From assembly GCF_001194135.2 (NCBI RefSeq), contig NC_068983.1, positions 133,390,816 to 133,426,763 on the forward strand: DNA of 35,948 nucleotides. The letters run 5' to 3'. This document shows positions 22,338-34,969 of this stretch, in pieces (the first letter of the stretch is position 1; each line of letters begins with the position of its first letter). Both the position numbers and the translations under genes were made by a program. Under the pieces are notes generated by a model that was not told the DNA's origin, searched no databases, and saw only the letters and a list, made by a program, of their open reading frames with translations. This DNA comes from Octopus bimaculoides (taxonomy: Eukaryota).

Positions 22338-23949
22338 ATGTGGGGGCGGTGGTAGTGGTAATGGATGGGTGTAAACGGATTAAGTTTACCATGTAAGAAC
22401 TGAAAATGCAAAGTGCTAGAACTACAGCAAGATACTTCATCGGATCTTCCAGCAATTCCGCTAATCCACTATCTACACTAGAAAATTTATTTACAATGAA
22501 AATAGGCAAGACAAGCTGTCCTCATACTTGGTGGAATGCAATTTCAAAGTTGAAAGACATGTACGTCTTTGCCAAACCATCTGCAATTGATTAGAATTCC
22601 TAACCGATGTTAACTAAAAACTACGTATTAGATTATAAATAAACATGTGTCAAACACAACTTATACACATGGCTGTATAATGTTAACTAAGTTATATGCA
22701 CTGGCTCCAGAACGAAATTTGGATAGGGGTGCAAACCCAGGTCCAAAATATTTTACTAACAAGATCTTATTGTTTGTTTTTTTTTTAATTTTGTTCTTTG
22801 AGAAAAATCCTAACTCCAAGGTACTGTTTACAGATCACTTTTGACGCACTGTTTCCTAAACCCCAGAAAAGAAAGAAGGGTTGTGAATTTTGATTTTGCA
22901 CCCCACAAACATTCTAGGTGTGCTTGCAACCCTGAAACTCTTGCACACCCTGCGTCTCCTTCTCCCCTTGTTCCTGGGTTCATGCTTATATGAATTAATT
23001 ACTTATACAACATGGTCTATAAATGATCTCACCCGGTAATATTCGTTAGTTTGGTATGTAGTTTGGCCACAGGATGAAATTTTCAGTAATTTTGATTAAA
23101 GACCGAGCCTATTCCTGGTTATTTAATAAATGACTAGAGATCGCATTGTCATCTCTAATTCTCATGCAATAGTAGCAATTAACATCTCTCAGTTATTATA
23201 ATAGCAATCAACATCCCCAAGAATCGTAATAGCATTCAACATATCCAACAGATCCCAGAAATTATAAAGCAATAAAAATCTCTCTACTGGTATTATGGCA
23301 ATTATTGATATTCGCATATTACAACTACTAGGGGGAAAATAAGGCATTCGAAACTTACACATGTGCACACATACTTAATGTGTCCACAAATAAACACAAT
23401 TTGAGAAACATTTGTGAACGGAACATAGTGTATGCTAACTCAACCTAGTTAAAAATCATTTATGTTTTAATTCTTGTTTTATTTATCGTGAGGCTTATTG
23501 TATTTCCTCTTTCTGTTCAAATGTGTGTACCTATGTGTATATGTGTGTTTGTGTTTGTGTAAATGTGTGTGTGTGCGCGTACGTTTATATATATATGCAT
23601 ATGCGTGTGTGCATATACGTGCATGTGCATGTGTGCGCGCTTATATATCTATGTATATGTGTATGCATGTAGATATGTGTACTTGTGTGTGTTGCACACA
23701 TGTATGTCTCTGTGCACGCGCGTGTGTGTGTGTGTGGGAATATCTTTAAAATTGTTAATACATCTTTCCCTGTATAGAATAACATCTATTGCATTCCCCC
23801 TTCAGAATTTATAAAAGTGCAATTTTCTTTCACGCTCCCATATCTTTCACAGTAAGAATTATTGTTATTATGATCATCATCATCATCATCATCATCATCA
23901 CCGCCACCACCACCACCACCATCATCATCACCATCATCATCATCATCAT

Positions 23950-24478
23950 CTGTTGTTGTTCTTGTTGTTGTTCCACATTTGGTTGTTTCAGGGGTATGTG
24001 CAGCATTGTGTATTTTTTTCTGTTGTCAGGAGTATGCAAATTCTTCCCGTCAGTTTTTTTTTTCTCTTGAGGTGTGGTGCAGGTTTTTTGTTGTATTACT
24101 GCGCTATTTTGTGTTGAGTGTGTAATGCGCTGGTAATCAAGCTTGCTTGTGGAAGTTTATTTTACTGGATAATTGCTGTATAGAATGGGGGTTGTTTTGT
24201 TTAGGTTGTATTATTGAATTGATAGTGTCTTGCGTAGGATGTGGGCTGTTCCTAGCAGGGCTATTTTTGGATCGCGTGTAGCATTGAGGATCCAGGCATA
24301 GCTTCTACGTTTTTGTTCATTTTTTTTTTTTATCAAGTCCAATGCTCCAATTATTATTGGTATTGTTTGAACCTTCATGCCCCATGTCTTCATTACTTCA
24401 ACTTCGATGTCTTTGTACTTTGACAATTTCTCGACCTCTTTTTGGACAATATTTTGATCAGAACGTACTGCATTGTTT
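23950..24478 (-). mobile_element. R4/Dong-type (RLE) non-LTR retrotransposon 3' fragment, copy 1
   Basis: AVRSDQNIVQKEVEKLSKYKDIEVEVMKTWGMKVQTIPIIIGALD...KIALLGTAHILRKTLSIQ* (24211-24472) matches the RLE C-terminus. It has a ~260-bp 3' UTR and a (CAA)n tail, and the 5' junction lies in (AAT)n. Confidence 0.8.
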
Positions 24479-24487
24479 TATTATTAG

Positions 24488-24554
<67 letters not shown>

Positions 24555-24556
<2 letters not shown>

Positions 24557-24760
24557 GGCGGTGAGCTGACAGAAACGATACAACGCCGGACAAAATGTTT
24601 AGCAGCATTTCATCCGTCTTAGTTCAAATGCCGCCGAGGTTGATTTTCCCTTTCATCCTTTGGAGGTTGATTAAATAAGCACAAGTTATGTTCTAGGGTC
24701 GATGTAATCGAGTTAACCCTTCCTTCAAAATTGCTGGCCTTGTGCCAAAAATTTGAAACC
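24555..24760 (+). mobile_element. SINE family B, near full length, flanked by (ATT)n on both sides
   Basis: aaggcggtgagctgacagaa head, B-box-like gttcaaatgcc, tttcatcctttggaggttgattaaataag central module, and ggccttgtgccaaaaatttgaa tail. Confidence 0.85.
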
Positions 24761-25027
24761 ATTATTATTATTGTTGGTGTTATTGTTGTCGTTCTTGTTG
24801 TTGCTATCTATAATATTATTTTACGTGCCTGCATTATTGTCTGTTTTGCCCGTATGTTACGCTTACGCCAAGGCTGGTAATAATTCAAATGGGGAACTAT
24901 ATATAGAGAGGGAGAGCGGGACAAGGGAGAAGGGCAGACTAAGAGAGAGAGAGAGAGAGAGAGAGAGAAGGAGAGAGAGAGGTGGAAGAGAAGGTCTCTA
25001 TTATTCTACATTTGTATCTTCAAATTG

Positions 25028-25092
<65 letters not shown>

Positions 25093-25105
25093 GGATGGAT
25101 GGATG

Positions 25106-25147
<42 letters not shown>

Positions 25148-25157
25148 NNNNNNNNNN

Positions 25158-25210
<53 letters not shown>

Positions 25211-25223
25211 GGATGGATGGATG

Positions 25224-25274
<51 letters not shown>
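25028..25274. repeat. (GATA)n/(GATG)n microsatellite
   Basis: Direct reading, with a small N-gap inside. Confidence 0.95.
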
Positions 25275-26223
25275 GAGTCAACAGATATCTAAATAGATAT
25301 GCCGATAGAGATATATGGTAATAGATACACAAGTAGCTATGTAGCGGAACTGAATTGAGATGAAAAGAAATGGAAATTATCTCAATTGGCAAATAACTTT
25401 GACTGAACTTTAGTGGTGGTAGGACAAGGAAAAGCGTATTTTCAATATATATATATATGTATATATATATATNNNNNNNNNNNNNNNNNNNNNNNNNNNN
25501 NNNNNNNNNNNNNNNNNNNNNNNNNNNNNNNNNNNNNNNNNNNNNNNNNNNNNNNNNNNNNNNNNNNNNNNNNNNNNNNNNNNNNNNNNNNNNNNNNNNN
25601 NNNNNNNNNNNNNNNNNNNNNNNNNNNNNNNNNNNNNNNNNNNNNNNNNNNNNNNNNNNNNNNNNNNNNNNNNNNNNNNNNNNNNNNNNNNNNNNNNNNN
25701 NNNNNNNNNNNNNNNNNNNNNNNNNNNNNNNNNNNNNNNNNNNNNNNNNNNNNNNNNNNNNNNNNNNNNNNNNNNNNNNNNNNNNNNNNNNNNNNNNNNN
25801 NNNNNNNNNNNNNNNNNNNNNNNNNNNNNNNNNNNNNNNNNNNNNNNNNNNNNNNNNNNNNNNNNNNNNNNNNNNNNNNNNNNNNNNNNNNNNNNNNNNN
25901 NNNNNNNNNNNNNNNNNNNNNNNNNNNNNNNNNNNNNNNNNNNNNNNNNNNNNNNNNNNNNNNNNNNNNNNNNNNNNNNNNNNNNNNNNNNNNNNNNNNN
26001 NNNNNNNNNNNNNNNNNNNNNNNNNNNNNNNNNNNNNNNNNNNNNNNNNNNNNNNNNNNNNNNNNNNNNNNNNNNNNNNNNNNNNNNNNNNNNNNNNNNN
26101 NNNNNNNNNNNNNNNNNNNNNNNNNNNNNNNNNNNNNNNNNNNNNNNNNNNNNNNNNNNNNNNNNNNNNNNNNNNNNNNNNNNNNNNNNNNNNNNTTTTT
26201 TTTTTTTTTTTTTTATTATTATT

Positions 26224-26670
26224 GAGTGAGAGAGCAGGGCATGCCATCAAAGTGACACTGGGGTACAAATACACGAAGATCAATATACCCATCATGACTA
26301 CCCGTCTGATACGGTACATAGGCACATGTATCACATGCGCGATATGGTGATCTCATATCAAGATAAACAGCGCATGAACTTGCAGGTGAGGCCTAGTTAG
26401 AATTTTTTTCAGACCGAATAACTCATACGGCTCAAAAGGTTACTGCATAAGTGTTGCTTAAAGCTGTTGAACGAAACATCCATGTTTCCAGAGGTGAATT
26501 ATTCAAACCCCAAAGAATTCTTTCAGCACATGGCTACGATGCTCCCCAACTACTTCTGCCTGTAATCAAAGACGCATATACCGTCAGCCACCAAGGGATG
26601 CTTAACTGGTTACGGTCAAACAACGGACACGAAAATCTGTGGTATTGAACAGAATATTTGCTGTAGCCCA
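26224..26670 (-). mobile_element. ~450-bp non-coding (AAT)n-embedded element, copy 1 (full)
   Basis: Homologous to 26771-26994 and 28037-28730; both ends abut (ATT)n. Orientation is inferred from the truncation pattern. Confidence 0.75.
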
Positions 26671-26679
26671 TTATTATTA

Positions 26680-26767
<88 letters not shown>

Positions 26768-26770
26768 CTT

Positions 26771-26993
26771 CCTTGCATGTCATCAAAGTGATACTGGGAT
26801 AAAATATACGAAGCCCATTATACCCATCATGACTACCCGTCTGATAAGGGTACACCAGGCACATGCATCACAACCATATGTGCGCGGACAGGGTGATCTC
26901 ATATCAAGATAAACAGCGCATGACCTCGCAGGTGGGGACCAGTTAGAATTTTCTTCAGGTCGAGTAGCCCATCCTGCTCAAAAGGTCCCTGAA

Positions 26994-26994
<1 letters not shown>
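26771..26994 (-). mobile_element. (AAT)n-embedded element, copy 2 (truncated)
   Basis: Matches the first ~220 bp of copy 1 and ends at ccctgaata, running into (ATT)n. Confidence 0.75.
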
Positions 26995-27048
<54 letters not shown>

Positions 27049-27050
<2 letters not shown>

Positions 27051-27250
27051 GGCGGTGAGCTGGCGCAGTCATTAGCGTGCCGGACAAAATGCTTAGCAGC
27101 ATTTCGTCCGCCTTCCATTTCTGATTGCAAGTGCCGTTGAAGTCTACTTTATTTTTCATCATTTCGCCGTCGATAAAATAAGTACCAGCTGAGCGCTGGT
27201 GTCGATCTAATCAAAGTCCCACTTCCCCAAATTTTCAGGTCTTGTGCCTC
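27049..27250 (+). mobile_element. SINE family B
   Basis: aaggcggtgagctggcgcagtcattagcgtgccggacaaaatgcttagcagcatttcgtcc...gtcgataaaataagtaccag; the 5' end lies in (ATT)n. Confidence 0.85.
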
Positions 27251-27725
27251 AATCCTTTCTATATTAACCAAAATGAAGTAGATTGACAAATTTATTTTTT
27301 GAACCCGGTGAAGACGCACAAGATGTCGAAATATCTTTCACTAGATAACAATAGCACTCTTCTTTTAATTTTGACTCTATATCTTCAGGAGGAGTTACCT
27401 CAATCATTTCTATATTATTATTCTTATTTTCATTTTTATTTTTATTATTATTATTATTATTATTATGCAGTTTATTTTTATCGTGAGCTGTGGCTTGTTT
27501 TGTTGTTTTTATCTTTACTGTATTGAAAGTGCTTTACGTAAGATATGAGCAATGCTTGGCAATGCTATTTTCTGTATGTTATATATATTTGTAAATCCTG
27601 GTGTTTTGGTTATGTATTTGTCAGTGTATTCTTAACCATACTTCATGCATCTATTATTGTAGGAACTATTTTTGTTTTCAGCTTCCACATTCGGGTTATC
27701 ACTTGTGCCCATAATATAAAGGATC

Positions 27726-28020
27726 ATTATTATTATTTCCATTTCACTTCTCAGAGCACTCGATTTCAGTTGTTCCAGCTAATTATCTGAGAGTGGACAA
27801 CTATACTTTCAAGATACTATCATCTAAGTACCAATTTCAAAATCTTCACTGTCCTCATTAAAACGGTTTTCTGAACATGTTCTAACCTCTGGCCAATTCT
27901 AACTTCGACAAATTTTTCAAACCTAATTGCTAATGCTCCCAGTGCCTCTAAAACAACTGGAATGACAGTTACTTTCTTTATTGTCCACATTCGTGAAATT
28001 TTATCTTGTAGTGGTTTTAC
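27726..28020 (-). mobile_element. R4/Dong-type RLE LINE 3' fragment, copy 2 (different subfamily)
   Basis: KPLQDKISRMWTIKKVTVIPVVLEALGALAIRFEKFVE...RLEHVQKTVLMRTVKILKLVL, then a short 3' UTR; AAT repeats at both ends. Confidence 0.78.
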
Positions 28021-28036
28021 CATTATTATTATCATT

Positions 28037-28730
28037 GAGTGAGAGAGTACTGCATGCCATCAAAGTGACACTGAGGTAAAATATACGACACCCAGTATAC
28101 CCATCATGACTACCCGTCTGATAAGGGTACACCAGGCACATGCATCACAACCATATATACGCAACATAGTAATTTCATATCAAGATACACAGCGCATGAC
28201 CTTGCAGGTGGGGGCCAGTTAGAATTTTCTTCAGGTCCAGTAGCCCATCCCGCTCAAAAGGTCCTTGAATAAGGATTGTGTAAGAATGTTGAACAAAACA
28301 CCCATGTTTCCAAAGGTGAATTATCCAAACCCCAAAGAATTCCTCTCAACACATGGCTATAATGCTCCCCCGNNNNNNNNNNNNNNNNNNNNNNNNNNNN
28401 NNNNNNNNNNNNNNNNNNNNNNNNNNNNNNNNNNNNNNNNNNNNNNNNNNNNNNNNNNNNNNNNNNNNNNNNNNNNNNNNNNNNNNNNNNNNNNNNNNNN
28501 NNNNNNNNNNNNNNNNNNAATGTTGAACAAAACACCCATGTTTCCAAAGGTGAATTATCCAAACCCCAAAGAATTCCTCTCAACACATGGCTATAATGCT
28601 CCCCCGCTACTTCTGCTCGTGATCAGAGATGCATATATCGTCAACCTCTAAAGAATATATTCAACTGGCTAAGGTCAAGCAACTGACAAGCAAATCTGTG
28701 GAATTTAACAGAATATTTGCTGCCGCCCAT
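28037..28730 (-). mobile_element. (AAT)n-embedded element, copy 3 (full; length inflated by an N-gap overlap)
   Basis: Same termini as copy 1 (gagtgagagag... and ...agaatatttgctg(t/c)(a/c)gccca). Confidence 0.75.
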
Positions 28731-28830
28731 ATTTTATACCAAGGCAAAACAATATACATGATCACAGACAGGCAGACACATGCATACATACATACATACA
28801 TACATACATACATACATACATACATACATA

Positions 28831-29835
28831 CATGATGGCTGTCCCCTCGTTATCGAGTATGGCCATTGCACGAGGCTTAACTGTTATCGGTGCTGTGATC
28901 GAACGTGACTTTTTAGCCGAGCTAAAGATCTGCAATGTCTTTTACAAAAAATTGACAGCAAAAACCTTTACCGGCAATAGACGGCTGTGGTTGTAATTGA
29001 GCTTCATGTACCTTTGCATGTCGTTTAAGTCCTGCCGAATTACAATCCCTTCTACATACCAGACAGATAAGATTAGTATGGTGTGTAGCACCACCACCAG
29101 CGGCTTGGTTGTCAATCATCTGTCTCGCTTTATGACTACGAAGATGACTTTTGGGTCCAGCTTTACTGATACTGTATGTACAGATACTGTATGCACAGAT
29201 ACTGTATGTCAGCATCATAGGAAGACCCTCCTGACATCCCGCCTTACTTTCTCATACGCATCTTGATATTTCTCAAAAGTAGAAGTCCCTTCGAGCACAA
29301 TCCTTCTCCACCTGCTACGGTCAATAGCTATGCCCTCCCATGTGTCAGGAGAGATGTAAGCATCTCTTAAGGAAGCCTTCAGCAAGTCTTTATACCTCTT
29401 TTTTTTTGTTTATATGGAGGTCGTTCTCCTTTAGCTAACTCTCCATAAAAGAGTTGTTTTGACACCCATGAGTCCTTCATCCTGACCAGATGGCCACTCC
29501 ATCTGAGCCCTTGTTTTAAAACAAGAGCTTCTATACTTCCGCACAGAGATCACTGATGTGGTCCTGTGATCACTGATGTGGTCGGTGTATATATGTATTT
29601 CAAGATCACTGATGTGGTCCTCCCACTTAATGCCATAGATCCGTCTGAGACACATCTGATGGAAACGTTCCGGTTGTTTAAGGTGGTATCGAGATGTGAC
29701 CCAGGTCTCGCAGGCATAAGGAAGAGAAGAAAGTACACACGCCTTGTACACCTTTATCTTTGTCTTCCTGCATATGTCTCACCGACTCCAGAGACGTCTT
29801 TCTAGCCTTCCAAAAGCATCACTTGCTTTCCTAAC
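28831..29835 (-). mobile_element. 5'-truncated RTE-clade LINE: RT C-terminus, three C2H2-like fingers and a short 3' UTR
   Basis: VRKASDAFGRLERRLW..KIKVYKACVLSSLPYACETW..HLKQPERFHQMCLRRIYGIKWEDHISD, then KRYKDLLKASL..TWEGIAIDRSRWR. The 3' end ggccatactcgataacgaggggacagccatcat is followed by a (GTAT)n tail, and (TATG)n also flanks the 5' end. Confidence 0.88.
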
Positions 29836-29983
29836 GTACATACATAAATACATACATACATACATACATACATAGGCAGATAGGAAGGTATGTATTCGTA
29901 TACATTGCAAGCATATGATTCAACTTGTATGTGTGTATGTATGTATGTATGTATGTATGTATGTATGTATGTATGTGTGTATG

Positions 29984-30015
<32 letters not shown>

Positions 30016-30469
30016 CATGTGTGTATGTATGAATGTATGTATGTATCTATGTAACTATGTATCTATGCATACATGTTTGCACGTACGTATGTATGTGTGC
30101 GCCTGTGTGTGTATTTATGTATGCTTATATGTAAGTTTGATTGTAATGGTATCAACGACATTACTCCTTACAGACTTACTATCTAGAATTGTAGAAATTC
30201 GAGCAGCAGGCAATCAAAAACATCACAAGCCTATCAACGTATACGTTATAGCCATATTGAATTCTCAATAGTGTCACATCCTGTCCATAGATGCTGTTAT
30301 ATGCCTTGTCTAATACATTGTCATCTATCGATTTGGAAAGCTTTCTTTAGTTCTTGTTAAGTAATTGATATCTTTCACCAAATTTAATTGCAAAACTGCT
30401 GCAAATTTTAAGAAGTCGGTGTTTTAGCTGGCAATTTCGTAAGTTTAGTTCCGTTGTTGGTTGTTTATA

Positions 30470-30545
30470 TTACAGTTTAGTCACAGGTAAACCTCGATCG
30501 AGTACACATATGATCGAATGACGTTTTGCTGAGATCAGCCCGTTT
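30470..30545 (-). repeat. Probable 3' fragment of repeat family X
   Basis: gtttagtcacaggtaaacctcgatcgagtacacatatgatc resembles the recalled family tail; support from within this window is weak. Confidence 0.3.
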
Positions 30546-31753
30546 ATCTGTATATCAGTACTACATTGTCCAATGCATCATTCTTTGTTTATCGCTGTTT
30601 CTTTCTATTATTCTTCTATCAAGGACAGTACTAAGACGTCAGTTGTTCTTAGACATATGAGGTTATGCAAACTCAGAATTTATTTTATGTTTATCGACAC
30701 AAGCCACCATCAACTACTCTGGCTCCTGTGTTTATTTACCTTCTATATTTAAGATATTAAGATGTGCTTTCATGGAAATGAATTGGTTATATCTAGCCCA
30801 CTAGCATTTCCGACGAACATATTTGATTCTACATTTTGCTCCCAAAATGGAAGCGAGAGATTTATATGTTTCCAGGGATTACATTGGCAGTATATTAGCC
30901 AGTTATTAAAAATCACATTATTCTTCCTCTCAACATATTATTTATTCTAAGTTGAAGTAATCCGATTTTTATGTTGTCACAATTGCCTGCATTTGATTTT
31001 GAACATTAACTGTTTACCTGTCATGTAATTTGTTGTATAGGCATATTTCTTACGTAATGATTTTATTATAATAACATAGCAAATATTTCAGTTCAACAGA
31101 AGAAATGAGGTAAAAACCACTTTGCAGATATCAGAATAAATACTGTCTTAAAACTAGTTTCAATGGAAAACAGTAAGCATCTAATGATGCAAAGACAATC
31201 GAAATAAATATGATCGCTTAATGATGTCAGCACCAACGGAACAATGTAAACAGACTATGCAACGAATTTTTCGCAGGAAACAACGACGGTTTTAGATTGA
31301 GAAGGTATAGCATTTAATAAAATCTTAGAGTTTAACATTTTATAATGGCATAAAGACAATTTCACACTTGTGCAATGCATTCACATATATAGACACACTC
31401 ATAAACATAAATACACATGCACACTCGCACACACATACACATTTACAGATACATATTTGCAAGCATACACACACTTATTTTATAGCAATCATATACGTTG
31501 TTTCGATTTTTAATAGAAACTTCATATTCCTCAATCATATTAACTTCACTGTTCAGATATTCCACATACATTAGCCGGTCATCGCAATAAACAGACGAAT
31601 AGACTAAATATAGCATTGGTTGAAAGACTGCAGTATTGCAATGTTTATAAATTGTTTATAACACACCATAGATATAAATGTTAACACATTACTTATGTCT
31701 TATTCATTCTCAAGTTGTGCACTCAAAAATACGGTTCTGGATAGTTTTATTTC

Positions 31754-31816
<63 letters not shown>

Positions 31817-31963
31817 NNNNNNNNNNNNNNNNNNNNNNNNNNNNNNNNNNNNNNNNNNNNNNNNNNNNNNNNNNNNNNNNNNNNNNNNNNNNNNNNNNNN
31901 NNNNNNNNNNNNNNNNNNNNNNNNNNNNNNNNNNNNNNNNNNNNNNNNNNNNNNNNNNNNNNN

Positions 31964-32023
<60 letters not shown>

Positions 32024-32232
32024 TGGGCATTCCGTAATTACACTCCAACTGCTAGTTTCGCCTACTTAAATTTGGCTTCAGGTGTTAGAGTTATGATCGC
32101 GTATCAAATTACAATTACCAACTTGTTCTTGTATTGAAATACTTAAATTCAAACATATCGTGTACTTTTTTGACGAGATCACTTCTTATATATACACATA
32201 GATGTGTATATGTATATATATATATATATATA

Positions 32233-32415
32233 TTGCTTGTTTCAGTCATTTGACACCAGCCATGCTGGAGCACCGACTTTTGTCGAGCAAATCGACACCA
32301 GAGCTTATTCTGTGTAAGTTTAGTACTTATTCTATCGGGCTCTTTTGCCGAACCGCTAAATTATGGGGACGTAAACACACCAGCATCGGTTGTCAAGCGA
32401 TGTTGGGGAGACAAA
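32233..32415 (-). mobile_element. SINE family A, 3' module
   Basis: Near-consensus match to 15369-15555. Confidence 0.88.
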
Positions 32416-32783
32416 GATTCAAATTCAGGAAGTGCAATAATAATGTTTAGCAGTTCAAAACTGTGAGTAGTGAAATGCAGAATTAGATCAGCTGATCTTG
32501 AGAATCAAACATTGATCACTTCGCTAAACACTGCTGGTAGTATGAGTTATTTCCCTTGTGTTGTTTAAATAAGATATTAGTGATATGTTGTAGATAGAAG
32601 GATCCTTTGGAGGGGCCCTATTATCGATATTTTTCAACAATCTAAGTATGTCACGAGGTTTCCAGACATGAGTCAAGTTTCATGAAAATCAATAAAACGA
32701 TGTAGGAGGAGTTAGCTAATAACGCCACAAACAAACACACACCGATTTTCCACATACGTAGTAGATGTACATGCACACACGCT

Positions 32784-32821
<38 letters not shown>

Positions 32822-32935
32822 CAGAGGTGGGCACCGTTAATCGAAAAGTTAACTTCGTTTATCGTTAGTTCGTTAATTCTTTCTAAATGAGAAATTAACA
32901 TTAATCTGTCAACGTTAACTTTTATTGAAAAAGGC
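32822..32935. mobile_element. Possible hAT-like DNA transposon terminus
   Basis: CAGAGGTGGGCA next to (TA)n, followed by recurrent cgttaa/gttaac motifs. No partner TIR was found. Confidence 0.3.
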
Positions 32936-33822
32936 ATATCTACAGTTTAATACCCCCACCGATTTCTTACCTCATAACTTCCAGAAAGATGGCTAACTTT
33001 TAACGAAAATTTTCACCAAGTAATCGTTTATATTCTGTAGATTGAGTGCATGTAAAGAAGGACTGAGGAGAGGAGTTTCGGAAAATTCACCGGACCTGAC
33101 ATTTTCCCCCTCGTAACATTCAGGAAAATAGGTATTTTTTAATGAAATTCAATACAAATACCTTTCAAACAGTCTAGATTACGATTACAAAGAAATATGT
33201 AGGGTAAATTTTGGGGAGTAGTTTCTGGAAAACAGGGTTTCGGATCGGTTGGCCCACATAAGTTGGTGCTCCTCCGTTTTGACGAGGGTTTTTTCCAATG
33301 TTTTTCACCACATGCACACGCACACAGGTACACACATGGACACTCACACAGGCACACTTACACCCTCACGCAATTCCTACAGCTCCCCGCCACACACACA
33401 CACACATCCATGCGCTCCATCACACCCACACCACATGACATACACATCTAAACGTACATTGATACCCACAATCTCGCATATCTGCAGGCAAGTACACTTA
33501 TACGCTAACACAATTATACGCACACACGTTTGTACACAGATATACTCATGTAAACATTAGTACACGCCAGAGACTTCCACTCAGCACTTATATACACATA
33601 CAGGCATATAGAGACACGTCAACTCTGCACTTACAAGACTATTCTGACACACATGCAGGCAGAGAACAATAAATAGCACATGGGCAAAAGTCCACACACC
33701 TGTACATGGGAACATAGCAATGTATGGAATGATAGCATGGTGTTCACTGTTCAATGTGGATTATGGTAGTTCGGTGTTGTGTTTACAGGATGGAAATAAC
33801 TGAACGTGGCTTTTATGTAAAC

Positions 33823-34212
33823 ATGTAAACATGTGTAAGCATGTGTAATCCATTCAGTTAATTTATTAATAAACTTTTCCCTAGTAAGCAAGATTGATAG
33901 AGATTCTTCAGAGCACAATCCACAGGTCCTAGAATGTATGTTCTAGGGTTTTGCATATTTTATAATTGACCATAAAATCTCATATTTAACCCTGTCATGT
34001 TTTCATTGCCATAGCAAATCTTCCAGTGATATCACGTTTCTCATGTTCAGTTTTTTTTTATAATCATAAACATGATTTCTATATCGATTCTTGAAAGAAT
34101 CAGTTGTGGCACCAACGTACATATAAAGGCCTCCCCTTGTGTGCACAGTGCACTTATAGACGATGTTATGAGTCGTGCAAAGATTATGCAATGGGCAATT
34201 AAATATATTCCT
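33823..34212 (-). pseudogene. PLE GIY-YIG endonuclease fragment (second lineage)
   Basis: NCPLHNLCTTHNIVYKCTV...YVGATTDSFKNRYRNH...LLWQ*KHDRVKYEILWSII, then after a frameshift AKP*NIHSRTCGLCSEE...FINKLTEWI. This has the Cys-rich linker, IVY/YVG motifs and the C-terminal CxxC typical of PLE endonucleases. Confidence 0.85.
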
Positions 34213-34931
34213 GAAGGCGTGCATATTTGTGTGGGGAGTGTCTGTGAGCATTGCGTGAGGGTGTGAGTGTGGCTGTGGGTATAACTGTGTGCTCCATGGT
34301 GGTAGTGTTAGTGTGATCTCTGTATGTATCTGGGTGTGTGAATCTTTGTGCCCTGAGGGATATATCCGTGTGCGTAGTTGTGTTTCTGTGTGCGTGTATA
34401 GCCATGTGCGTGTGTGATTGACTGACATACATACATGTGGCGTGTGCTGGCGTTGCTCATGAATATAATTACCAATGTGTGCGTCTGTATGTTTTTGCAT
34501 TGATTTAACGTAAGACTGTGCACATCTGTTTGTCTGTGCGTCTATCTAACTATGAATATTTGTCAATGCAACGAAACTCAAATGTAAATCTCCCAGTTTA
34601 AAACCTTATTATCCAACCTGAAGAGTCTTTTATGCACTGTGGCTTGCATCTTGTGTTGTTGCATCCTTCCACACCCACAAGGGAGCAGTGCGCCTTGAGG
34701 ATGAAACAATTGTTGTAGTAATATAAAGTTTGTATTGGTACATTCCGTCTTCTCTTTTTATCTTTAATATATATCCAATGTCCATCCTGCAATTCCTGGA
34801 ATTATTACAACGACGTTTGCTAAGTATCGCTGATGATGCCTGGTAGTCATAAGTGGTGAACGTAATCAGCAGACAGACGACCTAGGACTTACTCTGAAAT
34901 AAGGTTTTGATATTGTGTTTAACACGTATTT

Positions 34932-34969
<38 letters not shown>

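Noticed and set aside
22528-22580. Possible 53-nt minus-strand exon (ctaat branch point, ttgcag acceptor, gtatga donor)
   Set aside because: No recognisable protein in any frame; such signals arise by chance in 36 kb.
23150-23300. Degenerate ~30-bp tandem repeat (atagcaatcaacatc...), with a similarly weak one at 4480-4570
   Set aside because: The units are too diverged and irregular to be a CRISPR-like or functional array; they look like an old minisatellite.
28285-28606. 88-bp direct repeat
   Set aside because: The identical copies flank an N-gap, which indicates an assembly artefact.
558-32069. Long ORFs in the track (for example 558-1367, 12660-13412, 25006-26334)
   Set aside because: They are open only because of N-runs and di-, tri- or tetranucleotide repeats; they contain no real protein signal.
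34827-34870. HHR-like CTGATGA...GAACGT
   Set aside because: GAAA is incomplete, stem II is weak and no stem I register forms.
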